Positions 1-10,400 of a stretch of DNA of 58,477 nt are shown here, one piece after another; the first letter of the stretch is position 1; each line of letters opens with the position of its first letter. The notes under the pieces were generated by a model. That model was not told where the DNA came from, did no database searches, and saw nothing but the letters and a program-made list of their open reading frames with translations. Position numbers and translations under genes: made by a program. The stretch comes from Candidatus Kaiserbacteria bacterium RIFCSPHIGHO2_01_FULL_55_37 (GTDB taxonomy: Bacteria; Patescibacteriota; Minisyncoccia; Phycocordibacterales; UBA2100): the NCBI GenBank assembly GCA_001781175.1, contig MFKY01000048.1, positions 1 through 58,477 of the forward strand, given 5' to 3'.

Positions 1-129
1 TGACTCTTCAACAGATGACGGTCCTCCATGCAACAAACATACACCCTCTTTCGTTGCCCTCGCAGCAAGCTGCGCGGCAATCTTTTCTAGTATAGCAAAT
101 CGGACTTGTAATATGAGACGTCGCCGGAA

Positions 130-3100
130 TTATCTCTTGGGAGGTATGGCGGTTACGACAACGCGTCTGCTCGCCGCGTTGTCGATGACTCCCGAACTGT
201 TCATCACCGGGTTCGCCGCTCCCATGCCGATAGCGGTAATACTGCTGAGAGGGATGTTGTAGAACGTCGCAATGGTCTGCCTCACGGCTTCCGCCCGTGC
301 CTGAGAGAGTCTCACGTTGTCACGCCCCCAGGTGGCCGAAGGTGTTCGCGGGTCTGTGTAGCCTTCAATCGTGAAAGAGTACCCTTTGAATTTTTCCTTG
401 GATGCGGCTTCGCCGAGACTGTTGATGGTGACGTTCCCTTCGGGTGTCGGGAAAGCAGTATTGTCTACGAATTGTATCGGGATGGAAACTCTGGGGCTTG
501 AGTTTTCCCCTCCCGAAACCGTCGCGTTACCGCTGAGCCCCGCAGCTATCACATCTGCCGTCGGTCCGGTACCTGTGCCGACGACAGGCGCGGGCGTCAT
601 AACAGGTTGCGCAAGCTGAACGGCTTCTTCCTCCGCTTTTTTCCTGGCGGCATCTGCCGCCTGTTGCGCGGCTATCTGCGCGTCCAATGCGGCCTGTTGC
701 TGTTTGATTTGCTCTTGCATTTCAGCGAGTCGTTGCGCCCGCGATTCTTGCTCCGCCCGATCGCTCGCCAGATTTTGCGCGCGAACGCGTTCGACTTCCG
801 CCATAACTTTTTCCGCTTCCTCCGCGGCCAACTGTCGCCTCATATCCGGCGGCGGAAGCGGGTCAGGTATCGGTTCGGAACTTTCAGGCGTGAGTAACGG
901 AGCGGTCGGGGCTTGCGCGGGAGAAGGTGTTGCGACATCCTCCTCGGAAACAGCCGGGGGCGGCACCGCCGCTGCCGGAGACGTCACTGAGGGAGGCGGC
1001 AGCTCTTCGGCGGGTTTTTCTTTGGTGAAAAGTGCCGTGAGCTCCTGTTCTGTGACGATTCCTGCCGGGATTGTTACCTCTGCCGGGGGCGGAAGCTCGG
1101 ACTTCTTGGCAGCCTCCTCCTTACCGATATCCGACTGAGGGAAAAGAATCGCGATGTCTTCGCGGCTAAGACCCAGAACGTCCGCTTGAAGCGCCGTCTC
1201 GCGCGGCGGCGGCTCGGATAAAGGACAAAAGCCCAGACACGCAATGCCGGCCGTTGCTCCCGTACCACCCACCCAATCCCTCATCGTCAGATTTTCTACG
1301 GTCGGCTCAAGCGCCTTCGGCCCGGCGGAAACATTCGCGAGCGAGCCGGATTCCACCGCTTTCTCCGCGGCCGGCGCAACAGCCGCCGGTGCCTCAACTG
1401 CGCTTGATACTGCAGGTGCCGTCTCTGACTGCGCGGCACCCGCGCGCGCATCCGCGACTGCGTTGTCGAACGCCGCGTAGGGATTGCTACCGGACACGGG
1501 AGTGACGGGTTGTTTGCCGGAGAGCGCCCGTATTTCATTTGCCGCCGCCTCCGTTCTTGCGATGGCCGCTGCGTCCGTCGATGCGGATGAGAGTGCGCCT
1601 GATGCGGCCGGCTCCGCGACCACATCTCCCGAACTCCGTGTGACCGTGATTTCTCCTGTCCTCGTTACCCCTCCGAGTGTCCCGGCGCCGCTTTCGGCGG
1701 CACCCGAACCCGCTGTTTCCGTAGCTCCCCTCGCGACCGTCGCCGAAAAACCCGCGCTGTCCTCCATCACGAGGCGGACGTCGCTTGTAACGGATCTCGG
1801 CAACGCGGTCCAGGCGCTTCTCTCGAACAGGCCGGCGACCCGCCCCGCACCCCACGGAGCCACCGTTGTGCCGGCGACGAGTGCCGCGTCTTTCGCCAGC
1901 TGGTCAGTCGCCCCGACAGGGTCGAACACGCGTCCGACGGCGCGCTCGGGGTTGCTGAAGCCAAGCGTCTCACCAAGCTGTCCTGTGTGCTCGAGTAAAT
2001 TACGACTTGCTTCGAGTGAGCTTGTGATTGTCTGCTCGGCGAAACGCGTCGCGCCGCCGAGGGTTGCGGACACGGGGTCATCCCAAAACGACGGCGTTTG
2101 GTTCCAGATTTCGTCGCTGTTGCGTCGCATCGCATCGATGGTTCTTGTTAACCCTTCCGACGGCCCTCCCGCAGGTATACGGGCGGCGGCGTCGACTTGC
2201 TGTACGACGTCGCTGTCGCCCGAGTGGTACGCATCCACCTTTGCGGTAAACGCATCGACTCGCTCTTCGTATTCCTTCCACCACTGCTCGTAGGTAGGCC
2301 ACGCGGCACCCTGCGTGACGTCGTCGTATCCGAGGGCGCGCGTACTTGCGATATATGTATCGGTTCGGGATTGAAGGTCGGTGCGTGCCGCCTCTATCTC
2401 CTGCCATTTCTGCGCTATGACGTTCTCGGCGAGATCTCTTTTCCTCTGCGACTCTGCGGCATTGAAAGATTCGGGTGTCGGGTTACCCGCCGCCAAAGTC
2501 GGCGCGTCCGGATCCGACGGTGATATCGACAACGCACGCTCGGCTCCCGAAGGGGTGCGTACTTCGGTTCCCGGAATCGGTTGAAGCTCAGCCATCTGTA
2601 CAGGAGCGACCGGCGCTGCGCGTGAGTTGTTATCGATCGTGGTAACGTAATCCTTCCACGCAGTCTTCAACTTATCCGTACTGCCGCCCCCGAGAACTTC
2701 GAACGCCGCGCCGAACACGGCGTTCGCTTTCGCATAGGTTGCCTGCTGGGTCGTAATTTTTGGTTTTGCTGCATCGGCTTCCGCCTGCGCCTGCGCGGAA
2801 CGGTCGGCGGACATTTGGTCTTGAACTGCTCTGAGTTGTGCCGGTGTCATGGTGTCCATGTCAGCGCGAGAAGTGTTCGTTGGAATATCCGACGCGCCTC
2901 CCCCGACGGGCCACGCCTGATTTTGAACCGGTGCTTCCTGCGGCGCCGGTTGCACAAATGCGGGACTTACCGCCGGTTGTACTACGTTCGCGGCGGGCGG
3001 TTGCCGTGCTTCGAGCGGTAGAGGGACGCCGGTCTGAGCGTTATCCTCCCAATCGGGTGCAATACTCCACGCACTTTTTGCTCCTATGGACGCCAATGGT

Positions 3101-4134
3101 CCGCTCTGCTGTGCTGATTCCAGCGGTTGAGTTGAAAACAATCCTGCGGGTGCGTCCGTGGGGTTGTTTTGTGTAACGGAGAGCGTTGTGATGTTCGGCT
3201 GCGTCTGGCTGATTCGAGAGTCGGGTGTGCCGGCCTCCGCGGCGCTGCTGAAAATCTTGCCGCTCGTAAGGTTGGCCCAGGTCTGAGTCGCCCAACACGT
3301 CCACACTCCCGACGTACAGGGTGCGGGAGTGGCCTGTGCGATTGCGTCGGAGTTGAGGGAGGGTTCGAATGTGTTCTGACCGCTCAGGCCGCCTGTTTCC
3401 CGCGAAGTTTGCACCTGTGTTGCGGGTGATTCGGCAAACGTCCCGCCTTGCAGCGTATAGGCATCACTCGCGCCGGGAACCTGCGGCATAACTTCACTTG
3501 CCCGGCTACTTCCGATAGGTACCGATGCCTCCCCCGTTTTCGCGGAGCTCCCTCCGTATTCCTGCAGCGAACCCCCGTACAGCATGAGAGAGTCGTACGC
3601 ACTTTGACCTTGCGGCGCGGATCCACCATTCTGCCCTCCTCCTGTATTGGGGACTAAACCGCCGGGAGCATATCCCGCCTGAAGAAGTTTATCCAAATTC
3701 GATGCCGAGCCCGGAGTCCACGGACGCACGATGGAATCCTGACCCATGTTGGCCGGCGCCTCGTTTACCGCGGCACGGATTGACTGGCTCGTGAGAGGCG
3801 CCAATGCGGAGACCGACGTCGGCTCGCCTTCTTTGCATATCTTGTGATCGCATTTGGATGCAACACAATTGTATGCAATGTCTCCCGTCTTATCTCTGCA
3901 TTCGGGAACATTCGCGTTTACTAGCTGGCCGTTCGCGTCCTTCTTCTTGCAATCAACTTTCTGCACTTCTGTTACCGAAAAGCCCGTTGCCGTGGAAGAA
4001 AGGGTGTATGAATATCCGGCTTTGCAGACGTCGCCAAAAAACGTTTTTGAGGGGTCCGAGGTTTGTGCGAGCGCGAGCGGAACAAACGAAAGAAATGGTA
4101 GAAGAACAACTGCCGCGGAGCGACCCAAGTGCAT
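130..4134 (-). CDS. Giant secreted protein (1334 aa) with Cys-rich N-terminus, Ala/Pro-rich linkers and a C-terminal OmpA-like peptidoglycan-binding domain
   Basis: Signal peptide (AAVVLLPFLSFVPLALAQ). C-terminal IEGYTD...NVRLSQARAEAV...GMGAANP...SRRV fits the OmpA_C-like pattern (about 133-490). TATTAT lies 6 nt upstream of the ATG. Confidence 0.8.
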   Translation of the reverse strand: MHLGRSAAVVLLPFLSFVPLALAQTSDPSKTFFGDVCKAGYSYTLSSTATGFSVTEVQKVDCKKKDANGQLVNANVPECRDKTGDIAYNCVASKCDHKICKEGEPTSVSALAPLTSQSIRAAVNEAPANMGQDSIVRPWTPGSASNLDKLLQAGYAPGGLVPNTGGGQNGGSAPQGQSAYDSLMLYGGSLQEYGGSSAKTGEASVPIGSSRASEVMPQVPGASDAYTLQGGTFAESPATQVQTSRETGGLSGQNTFEPSLNSDAIAQATPAPCTSGVWTCWATQTWANLTSGKIFSSAAEAGTPDSRISQTQPNITTLSVTQNNPTDAPAGLFSTQPLESAQQSGPLASIGAKSAWSIAPDWEDNAQTGVPLPLEARQPPAANVVQPAVSPAFVQPAPQEAPVQNQAWPVGGGASDIPTNTSRADMDTMTPAQLRAVQDQMSADRSAQAQAEADAAKPKITTQQATYAKANAVFGAAFEVLGGGSTDKLKTAWKDYVTTIDNNSRAAPVAPVQMAELQPIPGTEVRTPSGAERALSISPSDPDAPTLAAGNPTPESFNAAESQRKRDLAENVIAQKWQEIEAARTDLQSRTDTYIASTRALGYDDVTQGAAWPTYEQWWKEYEERVDAFTAKVDAYHSGDSDVVQQVDAAARIPAGGPSEGLTRTIDAMRRNSDEIWNQTPSFWDDPVSATLGGATRFAEQTITSSLEASRNLLEHTGQLGETLGFSNPERAVGRVFDPVGATDQLAKDAALVAGTTVAPWGAGRVAGLFERSAWTALPRSVTSDVRLVMEDSAGFSATVARGATETAGSGAAESGAGTLGGVTRTGEITVTRSSGDVVAEPAASGALSSASTDAAAIARTEAAANEIRALSGKQPVTPVSGSNPYAAFDNAVADARAGAAQSETAPAVSSAVEAPAAVAPAAEKAVESGSLANVSAGPKALEPTVENLTMRDWVGGTGATAGIACLGFCPLSEPPPRETALQADVLGLSREDIAILFPQSDIGKEEAAKKSELPPPAEVTIPAGIVTEQELTALFTKEKPAEELPPPSVTSPAAAVPPPAVSEEDVATPSPAQAPTAPLLTPESSEPIPDPLPPPDMRRQLAAEEAEKVMAEVERVRAQNLASDRAEQESRAQRLAEMQEQIKQQQAALDAQIAAQQAADAARKKAEEEAVQLAQPVMTPAPVVGTGTGPTADVIAAGLSGNATVSGGENSSPRVSIPIQFVDNTAFPTPEGNVTINSLGEAASKEKFKGYSFTIEGYTDPRTPSATWGRDNVRLSQARAEAVRQTIATFYNIPLSSITAIGMGAANPVMNSSGVIDNAASRRVVVTAIPPKR

Positions 4135-4147
4135 GGCTCAATAATAG

Positions 4148-4179
4148 CAGGGCCGCGGCCTTGTATGCCGCGGCCCTGT
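4148..4179. terminator. GC-rich hairpin after the DUF2207 gene (probable terminator)
   Basis: CAGGGCCGCGGC-loop-GCCGCGGCCCTG perfect stem. Confidence 0.5.
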
Positions 4180-4193
4180 GGAATGAAAAGTCA

Positions 4194-6056
4194 TCAACTA
4201 GCACCTCCTCCCCCGCCTCCGCCGCCGCCTCCCCCGCCTCCGCCTCCTCCCGCTCCGGAAGAAGCGAACGCGGATGTAAAACTCGACGCGAACGACGCGG
4301 AGAAAACGGACGCAGAAAATCCGCCGCCCGAAGAAATACCACCCGTAAAGTTTGATGCGCCGCCGCTACCTGAACCATACCAAGCGGGCTGCGGCAGATT
4401 CATGGAATCGAACGCTTTGGCCCATTTCTTCTCTATCTTGAATATCATCGCGTACGGCAAATATTTCTCAAAAAGGTCGGGTGTCAGATTCTGCAGACGG
4501 TGTTGCTCCGCCGTCGAAAGATATAATTTGAAGCCGCGCCAATCGTCACGCAAAAGATACCCCTCCTTGTTGAGACGCGGATTGTAGTGAATATGCCGGA
4601 ACAAAAGCAGCCCGCAGACGAGCGACGTCACAGCAAGCGCGGCCAGTTGCACCGTTTCTACGGAAAAATTCGTGACTGTGATGATAATGCCGGCGACGAT
4701 AAAAGACGCAAAGACGCGGAAGAACATCAGAGCGACACGGGGACCATTGCTCATTGCGCCGGGTATGAATTTAGACTTAACTTCAAGAGGGACTTCGTAC
4801 GCGCCCGTCTCGCGGTCCGTGTCCGCGTAGAGCGTCTTCAAGAGGTTGCCCATCTTCTTCTGAAACGCCCAGCTCTTGAGCGGTGCTTTGCTCATTTCTT
4901 TCTGAAATTCAATCGTAGAAAAATAATCCGCGTGCGACTCGAAAAGAACGGTGAGAAATTCTTTTTCGAACGGCAGAAGTGCCTGATCTTGCGCGTACTC
5001 TTTCAGGCGGTCAGCCCGGTAGCCTTTCGCTTTGAATCCGAAAATGACCGGTCCGCCTTCTTCTTTGGATATCCGGACATACCCGCGCACCGCGAGATCC
5101 ACGATGGTCGCGGGCCACGTCGCATCGTTGATTTTTTCTTTCACAATGAGCTGCGCCATCGCCGGTCGCAGTCCGCGCGGCGGCTTGTATTCGGGAATTA
5201 TTGTGCCGCGTCCTTTGCGGTAGACCTCGGTGAAATACCAATGAAGGAAACCGAAGATGACGGACGCGACAACGACGAGTACCGCAAGTACGAATCCGAA
5301 ATAGATATACAAAAGGTCCGCAAAGTACGCCGCCTCACTCACCATCCCCTTCTGCCAGCCGACCGCGATGGTAAGTTTGTCGCCCGCCACACTATCCCGT
5401 GTGACGAAGTGGAAGGTACGGTCATCCGTTTGTTCCACTGAATATGTTTGCTCCGTGCTCGAATAAAGCACCGACTGCGGAGCGGTATCTTTCTCCGGAA
5501 GACGGACCCATGCTTCCGTTGCCGCTACCGGAACGGTGTAGCTCGTATAGAGATTCCAGTAGAGCTCGTCGTGGTCGGGGTAAAAGGACACGGCACCGTG
5601 TACGGTATAGCTCAAGACCCAGGTGTGTTGATAGTGGCCCGTATGTTCACCTACATCAAAATACCACTCGATATTGAAGGAGTCGTTGTCGTCGTAGACC
5701 GTGAATTGCCCCCAGCTCAGTGGATTGGTTTTTTCAAGTCGCGAGGCGGAGTACGTGTACACCTCGCCCGTGTCCGCGTCGCGGACGGATACATCGCTTA
5801 TCGCTCCTATTTTGTCGTACGGGATATTCCTGAATCCCATGTGGTAGACGCCGACAAAATCGTAGGTCTGCGTCTCTTGGACGGCAATGGATGCATCGCG
5901 ACGGACAGTGATGTCCTGCGAGATCTTGGCGTACTCATACGACCGGTCGGCTTGCGCATGCGCAATCGTCGTCGTGAACAGGAAGAAAAGGGACGCGCCG
6001 ATGAGCGTCCATGCACAGAAAGCATTCCTGCTCCGAAGCACGGAGAGAGGTCTCAT
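4194..6056 (-). CDS. DUF2207 (YciQ-like) membrane protein
   Basis: Signal peptide, ELYWN motif, TIVDLAVRGY, FEKYLPYAMIF...KW and a Gly/Ser-rich tail; near lemA as is typical. Confidence 0.85.
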   Translation of the reverse strand: MRPLSVLRSRNAFCAWTLIGASLFFLFTTTIAHAQADRSYEYAKISQDITVRRDASIAVQETQTYDFVGVYHMGFRNIPYDKIGAISDVSVRDADTGEVYTYSASRLEKTNPLSWGQFTVYDDNDSFNIEWYFDVGEHTGHYQHTWVLSYTVHGAVSFYPDHDELYWNLYTSYTVPVAATEAWVRLPEKDTAPQSVLYSSTEQTYSVEQTDDRTFHFVTRDSVAGDKLTIAVGWQKGMVSEAAYFADLLYIYFGFVLAVLVVVASVIFGFLHWYFTEVYRKGRGTIIPEYKPPRGLRPAMAQLIVKEKINDATWPATIVDLAVRGYVRISKEEGGPVIFGFKAKGYRADRLKEYAQDQALLPFEKEFLTVLFESHADYFSTIEFQKEMSKAPLKSWAFQKKMGNLLKTLYADTDRETGAYEVPLEVKSKFIPGAMSNGPRVALMFFRVFASFIVAGIIITVTNFSVETVQLAALAVTSLVCGLLLFRHIHYNPRLNKEGYLLRDDWRGFKLYLSTAEQHRLQNLTPDLFEKYLPYAMIFKIEKKWAKAFDSMNLPQPAWYGSGSGGASNFTGGISSGGGFSASVFSASFASSFTSAFASSGAGGGGGGGGGGGGGGGGAS

Positions 6057-6176
6057 ATCAACACTATAATACGCCCACAGACGAACTCAACGCGAGGGAG
6101 GTACACCCCGTGAGGTAGCAAGACTGTCATCTCCTGCACGTTCGAGATGTGTATCTCACGGGGTATACTTTTCCCC

Positions 6177-6905
6177 ATGGGCATGGACCGTGTCAAACCG
6201 GAGCAAATCAGAGGGGCCAGGAAATTGTTCGACGATTTTCTCAAAGACGAATCGGGCAAGGAAATAGAAATATCCGCCGACGCGGTGGCGGACACGATGG
6301 TGAAAGGTCTTCGCACAACATTTGCGGCGATGACGCTGTATACCGCAATGCCGGGAGATGCTACGGCCGCCGAAAAGCAGCTGCATTCGCGCATCGAACA
6401 AAGCGCGGAGCAGGGATTTTCCAAAAAAGATTTCGAGCTGGTTGCGAAGAACGTTTTCTTTGAGGCCGGCATCGAAGGACCGATGGGACAGCTCGCAGTG
6501 GCGCAGGTCACCTTTGCGCGCCTCGCCTCGGGACGCTGGGGCAGCACGATGCACGAAGTTATCTACGCGAAGCATCAGTTCACTTGGACGGCGAACGAGA
6601 AGAAACTCGAAGGTGTGGCACTTAGAGGCGTCCAGCAACTCGCAGACGTCTTCGCCTCGCGCTTCAAAGGGAAATCCGCCGCACAAATAGTCGCCCAACT
6701 CTCGCCGATTACCGGACTTTCCCCCGAGACGTTCTTCTATAAGCGCGCGGATTGGAACGAGTACGACCCGAACGAGACGCGCATGACCGAGCGCACGAAG
6801 GAGGTGTTTAAAAGGCTCACCTGGCTGAAAAACATCGGCGACCACGCCTTCTACAGGGACCCCCCGAAGGAAGCCCGGCTGGAAAAACGCACCGTTAGAA
6901 ACTGA
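6177..6905 (+). CDS. Cell wall hydrolase, SleB/Hydrolase_2 family
   Basis: AKNVFFEAGIE..GQLAVAQV..R....W......V.....QFTW and IGDHAFY motifs. Start placed at ATG 6177, 7 nt after TATACT. Confidence 0.8.
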   Translation: MGMDRVKPEQIRGARKLFDDFLKDESGKEIEISADAVADTMVKGLRTTFAAMTLYTAMPGDATAAEKQLHSRIEQSAEQGFSKKDFELVAKNVFFEAGIEGPMGQLAVAQVTFARLASGRWGSTMHEVIYAKHQFTWTANEKKLEGVALRGVQQLADVFASRFKGKSAAQIVAQLSPITGLSPETFFYKRADWNEYDPNETRMTERTKEVFKRLTWLKNIGDHAFYRDPPKEARLEKRTVRN

Positions 6906-7455
6906 CCTTTACCGGTTCTTTTGCCGCTTGTTCGTTCTCTCCGAGCTGGAAGAAATCACTCTGCTTGAAGCCGAACATGTTGCCGACGAGGTTGGACGGG
7001 AATGATTGCAACTTGGTATTCAACTCCATCACGACGCCGTTGTAGAAGCGGCGCGCGGCCTGGATCTTGTTCTCCGTGTCCGAGAGCTCGCGCTGGAGCT
7101 CGATGAAATTCGTATTTGCCTTCAAGTCGGGGTAATTCTCCGAAACCGCAAAGAGCGATTTGAGCGCGCCGGAGAGCATGTTCTCCGCCTCCGCCTTTTC
7201 GGCCGGTGCGGTCGCATTCATCGCGCGCGTACGCATGTCTGTCACCTTCTGCAACGTCCCCGCTTCGTGCGTGGCGTACCCCTTGACCGTCTCCACGAGA
7301 TTCGGAATGAGGTCGTATCTGCGCTTCATCTGCACCTCTATATCAGACCATCCCTCCTTCACTCTATTAGTAAGCGTGACGAACCTGTTGTACGTGACGC
7401 CGACCCAGACGGCGACGGCGGCTACAACACCTATTAAAATGTATGTGGTATTCAT
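6895..7455 (-). CDS. lemA: LemA family protein
   Basis: N-terminal TM, RRYDLIPNLVETVKGYATHE, ENYPDLKAN, ENKIQAARRFYN. Confidence 0.95.
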   Translation of the reverse strand: MNTTYILIGVVAAVAVWVGVTYNRFVTLTNRVKEGWSDIEVQMKRRYDLIPNLVETVKGYATHEAGTLQKVTDMRTRAMNATAPAEKAEAENMLSGALKSLFAVSENYPDLKANTNFIELQRELSDTENKIQAARRFYNGVVMELNTKLQSFPSNLVGNMFGFKQSDFFQLGENEQAAKEPVKVSF

Positions 7456-7482
7456 ATCCGCCAGTATATCACCGCCCGCAAA

Positions 7483-10400
7483 TTAGTGAACAGTCACCGT
7501 CGTCTGCGCCGAGGTGGTGGCGCCCGATGTGGCGCTGCAATTCAGCGTGAATTGGGTGGTCGTCGCGAGCGGGAGTGTGGATGTCGAGCCGCGCGTGGTC
7601 GTAGCCATCGATACGCTTCCCGGAGCGAAGAGTTCGCAGCCGGATGTGTTGACGCTCGACCAAATCAAGCGTGATTTACCGCCCGGCAAAACCGTAGATG
7701 GATTTGCGATGAGCGTCGCGTACGGTTGGAGGACCGGCGGCGTCGAGGTCGGCGTTGGCGTCGGCTTTGGAGACACCGGCAGTTGTGTCGGAGTAGGCGT
7801 TGGAGTTGGTGTGGGTGAAGGTGTAGACGGTGGAGGCGGGGGCGGCATCGGCGGGAACGTGCGCCACGCGGAATTCTGCCCGGGGTTGTTGTAGCAACCC
7901 GGCCCGGGTTTGACGTTAGGTATTACGACGACGGGATTCACGCTTGATATGCAGAAATCACCCGAGCCACCGTTGCGGTTGTCCGGATATCCCGTTTGAA
8001 CCACATCACGCCGAGTGACCGGCGGCAGCACTTCCTTGCGAACAACAGGGGGCGGCACTTCAGTTTTCGCAGGCGGCTCGACGACGGGTGGGACCGGTGC
8101 AGCGGGAGCTTTGTTCTCCGGCGGCAACGAATCGAGTGGTGCACGCACCAGCGGGGGTGTGAAGTAAACCCAGGCAGTAAGTCCACCGACCACGCCCCAC
8201 ATCGTGATTTTCTTGTTGTCCCCCACCCAACTCGCCGCACGACTGAGTAATGATGGAGTTCCCGCAACTGCGGGCGCGGCGGGCGTACCTGCGGGTGTCG
8301 TAGCCGCGGCCGGTGCAGGCGTCTCCGGGACTTTCAACTGACCGGTTTGCGGATTCAGCCTTTTGCCTGCGGCGTATCGCTCTGCCAGCTGCGCATCGGT
8401 GAGACTGGTTTTCGGGTAGACAGCTTTGTAGTCGGCAATAAATTCATCGCGCGTAAGCGTCCTGTCGTTCCATACTTTGCCGGAAGGATTCTCCGCCCCC
8501 GACCTCAGTGCCACGGGACCTTCGTCTCCCATGGTTATCTCGGCGTTCGGTCTCGAAACATCGCCACTGCCTCGCTTGACCGGCTCAATTGGCGCAGGCT
8601 CCGTCGCTGCCCGCGCGGGGGGAGTCGTTTCTGCCGGCGCAGGTTCGGCTTTCGGCGCCGGAGGTTCGGCAGACCTTGGCGCGGCGGCGGCTCTCTCCAC
8701 CACCGGACCCTGGTCTCCCGCCACGAGCGCATCGCGCTCGGCTTGAGTAAGCGGTGCTTGGGCCGGCGGTTTTTCGCTGAATCCCAAACGCTCCTTCATG
8801 CCCTGCCACCACGATTTTTCAGGAGCAGTTGCGAGCTCAGGCGTTGGTGGCACGGGTTCAACTGCTTTAGGCGCGGGCGCAACTTCTGCAGGTGCCGGCT
8901 CAACTCGCGGGGCCGGAGCATCGACTTTTGGCGCGGGCGCCGACTCAGGCACAACAGCAGCTTTTGGTGTCTCTGCTGCCGCCGGCGGTTCGGCTACTGG
9001 TGGCTTTTCACTAAGTCCCAACCGCTCTTTAGTCCACTGCCACCATGATTTCGATTCCGCTGCCGGTGCGGGAGGGATTGTTTCTACCGGAGCCGGTTCG
9101 GCTCTCGCTGCCGGAGCTTCAGCCGGTTTTGGAGTAGGCGCGATTTCGGGAGGTGCGGGCTCGACGCGTGGTGCCGGAGCGTCCACTTTTGGCGCAGGCA
9201 CAGTCTCAGGTGCAACGGCGGCTTTTGGCGTTTCGACTACCGGCGGGTTTTCACCATACCCGAACGAGCTCTTGAGGTCTTCCCATTTCTTCCCCAACCA
9301 CGATTTTTCCGCGGCGGGAACGACATCTGTCGGAGCAGGCGGGAAATATTCTTTCGCGAGCTTCTTTACCGCCTGCTTCTCATTTGCGGCAACGATGTCA
9401 ACTCGTTGTTGGGCGGCAATATAGTCGGGATTACTTTCAATCAGCGCCCGCTTTTCCGCCGAAGAAAGCTTACTCCAATCGCCCCCTGCCGCCTTGTAAT
9501 CAAACTCGACTCGCTGTCCTGCTGCACCCCTTGCGCTGATTGCTGCGTTGGCCTCGTCATTATACCCCTTTGTTATCTGCTGAAGCCGACTGCCAGCGCC
9601 CTCAATCTCCGCAGTTAATGACGGTGTTTTTGTTCCAGGCGCTATCCAATCTTGCGGCACCTGCACGTATCCATTTGTCTGCTCACCGAATCCAGGGGGC
9701 CTACCTCCGCTCGCGCCTTCTAGCTCTCGATACGCTTGTAAGTCGCGAAGAGCATTCTTGTCAACTTGTATCGCGACGATTTCCTGCTCGCTTCCTCCGT
9801 TTCTCAATGCGTATCGTACTGCCTCATTCTTGTCGGGGGTGAAAAATGGGTCCGGACCCGCAAAATTCGGGTCGTACTTTTGATTGATGCCTCTGTACAA
9901 CGTGACCGTGTCCGGCTGCCCGTTCGTAAGTGTCTTGGTGGCAATCGCGTCGTCCAGAGGCACGGCGGCCACACTTCTTACTGGTGAATCGGACGAAACG
10001 GGATATGACCTCCCGATCGTAGATTCCGGCGCGGACGCGAGAGTTTTTACCGGCGTAGGTCCTTCCCCTGCCATTCGTTCAACTGCGGCTTGGTCGAGTT
10101 CTGCCTGCGTCGGCGCCCTCACGGGCTCACTTATCCGTGGGGCGGGCTCGACAGGTCTCGGTACTTCTACGGCCGCCGGCGGCGTTTCGCTCTTGCCAAA
10201 AATTGACTCACGTAGCCGTTGGTACCAGGGCTTTTCCGCCGCAGATGCAACCTCCGGCGCGGGTGCCGCAGGTTCGACCGCTTTTGGTGCGACGGGTTCA
10301 GCTGCGGGAGTTTTTACCGGCGTAGGTCCTTCCCCTGCCATTCGTTCAACCGCTGCCCGATCGAGTTCGGCTTCTGTCGGAATCCTCACCGGTTCAACGG

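Noticed and set aside
4200..4260. GCC/CCT microsatellite or poly-Pro ORF on the + strand
   Set aside because: It is the antisense of the normal poly-Gly tail of the DUF2207 protein
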